Part shown: in pieces, positions 53,420-64,000 of the stretch
Layout of the letters: the number at the start of each line of letters is the position of its first letter
Position numbering within the stretch: position 1 is the stretch's first letter
Source: Macrostomum lignano
Taxonomy: Eukaryota
Direction of reading: 5' to 3'
Length of the DNA: 64,000 nucleotides
Assembly: GCA_002269645.1 (NCBI GenBank)
Contig: NIVC01000232.1
Span: forward strand, 67,173 to 131,172
Position numbers and translations under genes: made by a program
Notes under the pieces: model-generated
Told to the model about the DNA's origin: nothing
Database searches by the model: none
Seen by the model: the letters and a program-made list of their open reading frames with translations, nothing else

Positions 53420-56003
53420 GTGTCTGTCTGTGTGTCTGTCTGTCTGTCTGTCTTAATGTCTGTCTGTCTGTCTGCCTGCCTGTCTGGTTGTCAAGCCATT
53501 AATCAATTAACAGAATGATTCTATTTGAAACCACTCATCACCTAAGAAGAGTACCTATAATAGAAATTCATATTCAAAATAAATCCGAAATAAAATTCAT
53601 CCAGTGCAGCACATCAATTCCATCTTCTCTATTTAGCGGTGTGTCAGCTGCTTCAACAGAGCGTATTTGCATATATTTAACAGTCGCACGTTCCGTCTCG
53701 CATATGTTATAATCCGACCCTGTGAATAACTGCAGCAATAATAATTAATAATAATAATTATAATATCTAATAACCAAAGGCGCATTTTTGTACACACTGC
53801 CGACACACCAATTAGGGCTTCGGATTTGTCACCTTTGCCAACAATTCCGATGCCGACCGTGCACGCGAAAGCCTGAATGGCACAGTGGTCGAAGGACGCA
53901 AAATTGAGGTTTGCATGCCGCCTCCGCTGCCCCACCCTCTCTCGGCCTGACCGCGCACCAAATTAAAAAAATCCTGCTTTCTGGATTCGATTTTATCGCT
54001 TATTGCATGTCTCTTTCTAGCTTTTTGTTATACTTATTTACTTATAAATAATTACAACCGTCGTAATACTTAACATTATTTTGGCTAGACGTAAAATTTT
54101 AGTAATCAAGGTATTTTAATTTAAAATAATTCACTAGCTACTTCAAAACAGAAACAAAAGTACTATCATCCAAAACTTTGTGTAAATAAAACTTTAATTA
54201 ACATTAGTAAAACATATAATAATGGAGAAAACCGTTCAGATGAAAATGTCCTCTGATTTTTAAAAAGAATTCTAAGAAATAGCCACAGCAAAGCTGTTTT
54301 AACAAAACATATTTTTTTAAATCGAAGCGAACGTACCTTAATTGACTTTAACAAAAAATTAACAGAATAAGAAACAAATTTACAGTGAACTTGAATCACA
54401 GAATGCCATACTTAGACCTTTATTACAAGAAGTTAGCAAAAATTGTTTGATCTCAACTTTTTGATCTTCTCTTCTGGTACAGCGCACTGCATGTTTAATT
54501 TCCGTATTAAAACCGCATCTTGTTTGATTCTTTTAAAACTGGTGACGGAGAAGTGTCAGAATCTTTGCAGAGTTTTGTTAAAATTTGCTGATGCTATATT
54601 TTTCTGCATGCTTACTAAATGCATTTTGCGATTGTACTGACACTATTTACGCTGCATGAAGCTTATAAGTTCTGTGTTGTGATCAGATATGAACCATATT
54701 TTTGGTAAAACAGTGTCATTTCAAGCCAAGTTGAATCCCTTCAATGTTGCCACTTTATTACGTATGATCGAATCCATCCACATACTAAAAGTGAATTTAT
54801 AACAACATTTTCAGGTAAACAATGCCACCGCACGAGTGATGACTAAAAAGAAAGACAGCCAAGCCCAGATGAAAGGTGAATATATGCACTCCTAAACATA
54901 AATATTGTGTTTTTTGTGAGAATAGTTTGTAGTATCACCACATTTTTACATTGAAAAATTCAAATAACATGTTATGCATTTAATACTACTACTACTACTA
55001 TTAAATCGTAGAAATATTTACAGATGTGCTTCAACAATTTTGTCTGCTCTTGTTTTTGGAACATTTTTAAGGCTGGTTTTTTTCAAAAACGGAAACACTT
55101 TGTATGAAAAGTGTAACTAGCCTACAAAAAGTTATTTTTGCATGACTTAATGAAGCGTGCAATTGGATTATATGTATTTCATAGGTAATAATTGCATAAT
55201 TTTTAAATAATTGAAAGCTAAGACTGACACTCAATATCTTAGAAGGTAGCTTAGAAGAATAATTAAGCCTTCAAAAAAGTTTCTAGGAAACCGAGTCTTG
55301 CAACTTGAAACCATCCAAGTCAAGTCTTCAAAAGACGGAAAAGTTGAAAAAAATTGTCGGATTTTCTGTGAACTACGAAAATTTGTATTCAACAGAAGCA
55401 GTTCATTCATTTCTATGTGGATGTCTACTAATACTTGTACTTTTAGCGCTGCCACTACGCGCTTTGGGTCGTCCGCTGGCGTTACCGACCGCGTTTCAAG
55501 CCCTGTCGGGCGGCGCCCTGCCCATCCTCATGCCGTACGGCGCCGCGGCTGCTCCCGCTCCGCCAGCACCGGCACCGCAGATGTTCCAGTTGCCCGGCCC
55601 CGCCGGAGGCACCGCGGAGTCGCTGCAGGCGGCTGTCTACGGGCAGACGGCATACGGCCAGCTGCTTCAACAAGCGGCAGCCGCGGCCGCAGCAGCCGCC
55701 GCTGCGTCAACCTACGGCGGCAGTCCAGCAGCTCAGGTCGCCAACGCCGCGGTGGCCAGCTCCTGCGCTCCCACGGCCGCCGCTTTTCCTCGCTACCTGC
55801 CCACCACGGCCGGAGCTCCCAGCGCCGCCGATCAATTTGCCGCCGCTGCAGCCGCCGCCGCCGCCGCCGCTGCCGGCTTGACCTCGGCTGACCCCATGCG
55901 AGGTCTCAGCGCCGCCTACGTCAATGCCAGCCCGACGGTGTATCGGGCTACGCCAGGTGCGCTGCATCATCAAAGATTTACGCCCTATTCCAGGCCTTTC
56001 TAA
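49139..56003 (+). CDS. rbfox: RNA-binding protein Fox-1 homolog (Rbfox), 411 aa; join(49139..49357,49642..49893,50387..50440,53816..53908,54815..54875,55447..56003)
   Basis: The spliced RRM reads [23 protein letters not shown]|[18 protein letters not shown]|[31 protein letters not shown]|[12 protein letters not shown], near-identical to the Rbfox RRM with the same 54-nt and 93-nt exons as vertebrates. All junctions are GT-AG with matching phases. Ala/Tyr-rich C-terminus ending RFTPYSRPF. The first exon (49139-49357) is the least certain. Confidence 0.95.
51372..52579. mobile_element. Putative Tc1/mariner-like inverted-repeat element enclosing a minisatellite, in Rbfox intron 3
   Basis: Perfect 14-bp inverted core AAAATTATGGAACC (51383-51396) and GGTTCCATAATTTT (52552-52565), extending outward imperfectly (GG(T/C)AGTT). 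The family assignment is tentative. Confidence 0.4.
51655..52472. repeat. Minisatellite, 20-bp unit CGCCCACCAAGAGACAGG(G/A)(A/G/C)
   Basis: Directly visible. Confidence 0.96.
53220..53485. repeat. (GTCT)n/(GTGT) microsatellite in Rbfox intron 3
   Basis: Directly visible. Confidence 0.96.
53912..55144 (+). promoter_or_regulatory. Cluster of Rbfox-binding UGCAUG elements downstream of the 93-nt RRM exon
   Basis: TGCATG at 53912 (intron +4), 54004, 54488, 54605 and 54653 (intron 4), and at 55139 (intron 5). Also at 49906, 52994 and 57275 within the gene region. UGCAUG is the established Rbfox site. Confidence 0.7.
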
Positions 56004-58953
56004 TTCGAGTTTTATACGACCTAGATCATCCGATGAACTTGATTTTTGGTATGGGCAATGCTAATTCTAATATTGCAGGGTTAGGTTTAGTCTTATATAA
56101 TATTTCAGTCTTAGGAATATATTTTTCGTCCATAATAATATCGCAGTTTTCTCAATTTAAAACGTTATAAATTTTTGTTAAATTCGGGCTTGATATTTGA
56201 CTTTTGTTAAATGGCAAATACGATAGGCCCTCCACTGCCCGGCCAATCACTTCTCGAATAGAGTGAAGTTTCAATTTTTGTTTAACCGTTACTCTTAAAT
56301 CCCACTATTAAAGTCTCACGACAGCCTTCCCTCAAACAGCAAGAAACATTTTTTGTAAGTCACTGATATGTCTGAATGCCCAGCTGCTCACGTATTTCAT
56401 GTAATTTACGTTTTCAAAAAGCTCTGCTGCCGCACAGTGCCTATTTAAAAATGAATGAAATGAATTATAATTCTTTTTAGCGATGCAATTCTTACTAATA
56501 AAAGCCAATGAATTGTGAATGCCTCTGTTTAACTATAGCTAGATGAGTATATTGGCAGTATTAAATTTTTATAAACATTTTTGCTTCAATTCTGTAGTTA
56601 AAGCACTACTTTTGCACTATTTATAATTAAAATATTGTTTTATTAACTTTGATTGCACTTAAATATTTTTCAATCTCTTTTGTCCATTCATTTCAGTTTT
56701 TTAATGTTTTAATTTAAAACTGCATTCTCCAGCTAACTTATAATGCTGCAAAAGCAACTCTCCCTAACTCAATAAAATTTTAGAATTGCTACTCTCAGTA
56801 TAAAATGGGCAGTTTTATAAATTTCTAACTTAGTGTACTATAAACACACTGTACATGTATCTTGTCCCCCATTCAGAATGTTTCTTTAAACCTGTTATAC
56901 TCCAATTGAGCTATAATTGTGAGCAGATGTTCGTTACTTTTTTGTCATCTAATAATCTTTTTTTCTTTTAGAATTGAGGCTTACGACGTAAAATGTAGAA
57001 GTCAATTACGACGATAATTTGTCTGTTATAGATTTTTGGAGCGCTCACAGTTCCCTGGTGCAGTGTAAATACATGTATGCACTATTTATTGCAAAACGTT
57101 TTACCGAATTTGAATTTTCCTATAAGTTTGTAAAACTAAATAGGTACAGAAAGTTTTTATTCACTCACACTGTCTATAATTTTTCTTTAAAAAACTGCCA
57201 TTTAAAGTAGCTTGAGTTAACATGTATCTTTCTGTTATATAAATAAATCTCAAATATACACTTGCATACATCTGTGCATGTATCTTCAAGCGAAACTGCT
57301 TAAAGAAGCGAATTCAAGTGCAATATAATTAGAAACATGTACCAATTTTTAGCGCACATTTTGAACTTTATTTAGTTCTTTATCAGCTAGACATTGTTAC
57401 TTGCACTAAATCCAGCTAGAGGGTCGTTTTAATGCAAAACTAATAGAGATCTCAGACTCTGACTAAAATATAGGATCGTACTATACAAATCAGATGGTAC
57501 GGGGAGAGTAATGTAAAGTTCAGCTAGTATTACCACATCAGGTGCATAAATTCCAGGCTCTTTTTAATAGATTTGTTTTGACTTATAAACAAGCGTTTTT
57601 ACTCACTTTAAAGTTCATTATACAAAGTCAACGAATTTACTGTGTACTCTCCAGATTGGTAAAGCAATAAAGTGCGTGTGCATTTATACAATGATCGATA
57701 CATTACTTGTCTATGCACGTGTCCATACGTGTGAATTTTTGTAACTAAGCGGGGTTAGTAAATTATAATAACCATAAGCTGCATCCTTCCTACAAGCTTT
57801 AAGAACGATTAACTCACGATAATTTTGAAAGTTCACGGCACATAATTTACCGTGACGTTTAAAACAAAATAATTTATCATTCTTGTCAATTAAGCTTTAG
57901 CTGTGTCTAAATACTTTATTATATGTTTTAAGAAAGTACTTTTGTGTGAAAAACGTTTGAAAACCTTAACTTTAGTTCTGTATCTAAGCAAAGAAAGAGT
58001 TTAATTTTAATTTACGTAGTTTATTTTCTTTTAAATGCAATCGAATTCGGCTTTGACCGTTATTCGTATGCTTACGGACCTATCCACGGTCTAAGCAACC
58101 TTTATTTCTTATTTTATTATTTTTTAGGTGCATTGTTACTATAATATTATTAAATCATTCTTAATTTTAGCATACCTTACAAAGTAATCAAATTTAACTT
58201 TGAACCTTGTTTGAGATCGAGACATTGCATCGCCTATCTTTTAAGGTTTAAGCAAAAATGAGATTCGATGAAACTATAAAAAATAAACTTAATTTTAGGC
58301 ATGGTATTTGATAAAAAATATAAAAACTATTTTACAATTCAGGTCGAGTGAAACTTCTTGCTACTGCTTTTCTATAACATTTTAGCAGAAACTTCGCTCT
58401 ATTACGGCAAAAATAAAGCTGAATGTGCTGAAGCCTTCTGTTATATTGAAGTTAAACCTACATATCAATTTATATTGTGCTAGTATTTTTAACGATTATA
58501 CATATTGCGAGAATATTCATATATTTTTGCTTTTTAAATAACTTCAACAAATGTCTATTTCCATACTTATTTGACTTTTAGAGTAATTACAGTGTTGCCT
58601 ACTTTTACTGCCATAATTTAATAAGACAATGAGTAGACTACCTTCCTTAGAATAATAGTATTGCTTGCTTAAAATTTTATTGCTAAGCTTACAAAAATAT
58701 AACAAAATGTTTTAGAGACAATAATTATGTTCTGTTTCTTAATTGATATTTAATGGATTTTTAGTTTAAGACAAAATTATTTATTTTGGAAATAGTTCAT
58801 GAGTAACTCAGCATGCTATAATCGAAAAAAGAATTGTAGAAGACTTTTGAGTATTAGTTTAAAGCGTTAAGGAATAATAAAGCCGCTCTTTACAAAATGG
58901 ACAGAAATGCAAGTCGATGATTTTTTTGCCAAACCCTCAGCTCTTCAATTAAA

Positions 58954-63707
<4,754 letters not shown>

Positions 63708-64000
63708 ATTGCGATCTGGTCCGCGACAAGTCGCGCCTTGGTCGAGCTGTTCAGCGAATGCTTCGCGAGCCTGGCCCGCCGATTCGCCGCTCAGGGTGCT
63801 GCCGAGCTTGCAGCCTGCCACGGGGAACTGAGATGAAGAAAGTACACTTGATTTGAGACTCATAGTAGTGCGCTAAAAATGTCTTTGAACCAAACGAACG
63901 CATCAAAATAAAGTTCCATAATCAGCTCTCATTGTTCGTCATTACGCTCTGTGAATGTTTCCAAAAGAGATTGTTCATTGAAGTTGACTTATTGGATTTT

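Noticed and set aside
56004-58000. CAGCTA hexamers in the Rbfox 3' region as miR-22/980-family sites
   Set aside because: They lack the preceding G needed for a canonical seed match (GCAGCT).

Overview
Eukaryotic, intron-containing animal genomic DNA. The base composition and satellite-filled introns suggest a flatworm such as Macrostomum, but this is an inference only. A large fraction of the window is mini- and microsatellite. I reconstructed two multi-exon genes by hand with consistent splice phases: an Rbfox/Fox-1 RNA-binding protein (49139-56003, +) and a TTC16-like TPR protein (58954-63707, +). There is also a probable two-exon gene for a 60-aa secreted acidic peptide (17974-18258, +) missed by the ORF track, and an orphan 409-codon ORF (14428-15657, -). 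Mobile elements: a hAT-type MITE with a perfect 8-bp TSD, a hAT-like element carrying a nested Helitron 5' fragment, a LOA/R1-like LINE fragment, an internally deleted P-superfamily (THAP) element, two tRNA-derived SINE candidates and two further inverted-repeat elements. The most interesting signal is in Rbfox. Its 93-nt RRM exon has vertebrate-like boundaries, weak splice sites, a TGCATG at +4 of its 5' splice site and four more TGCATG in the same intron. This suggests the Rbfox autoregulatory exon-skipping circuit is conserved in this invertebrate. Most ORFs in the supplied track are translation artefacts of tandem repeats.
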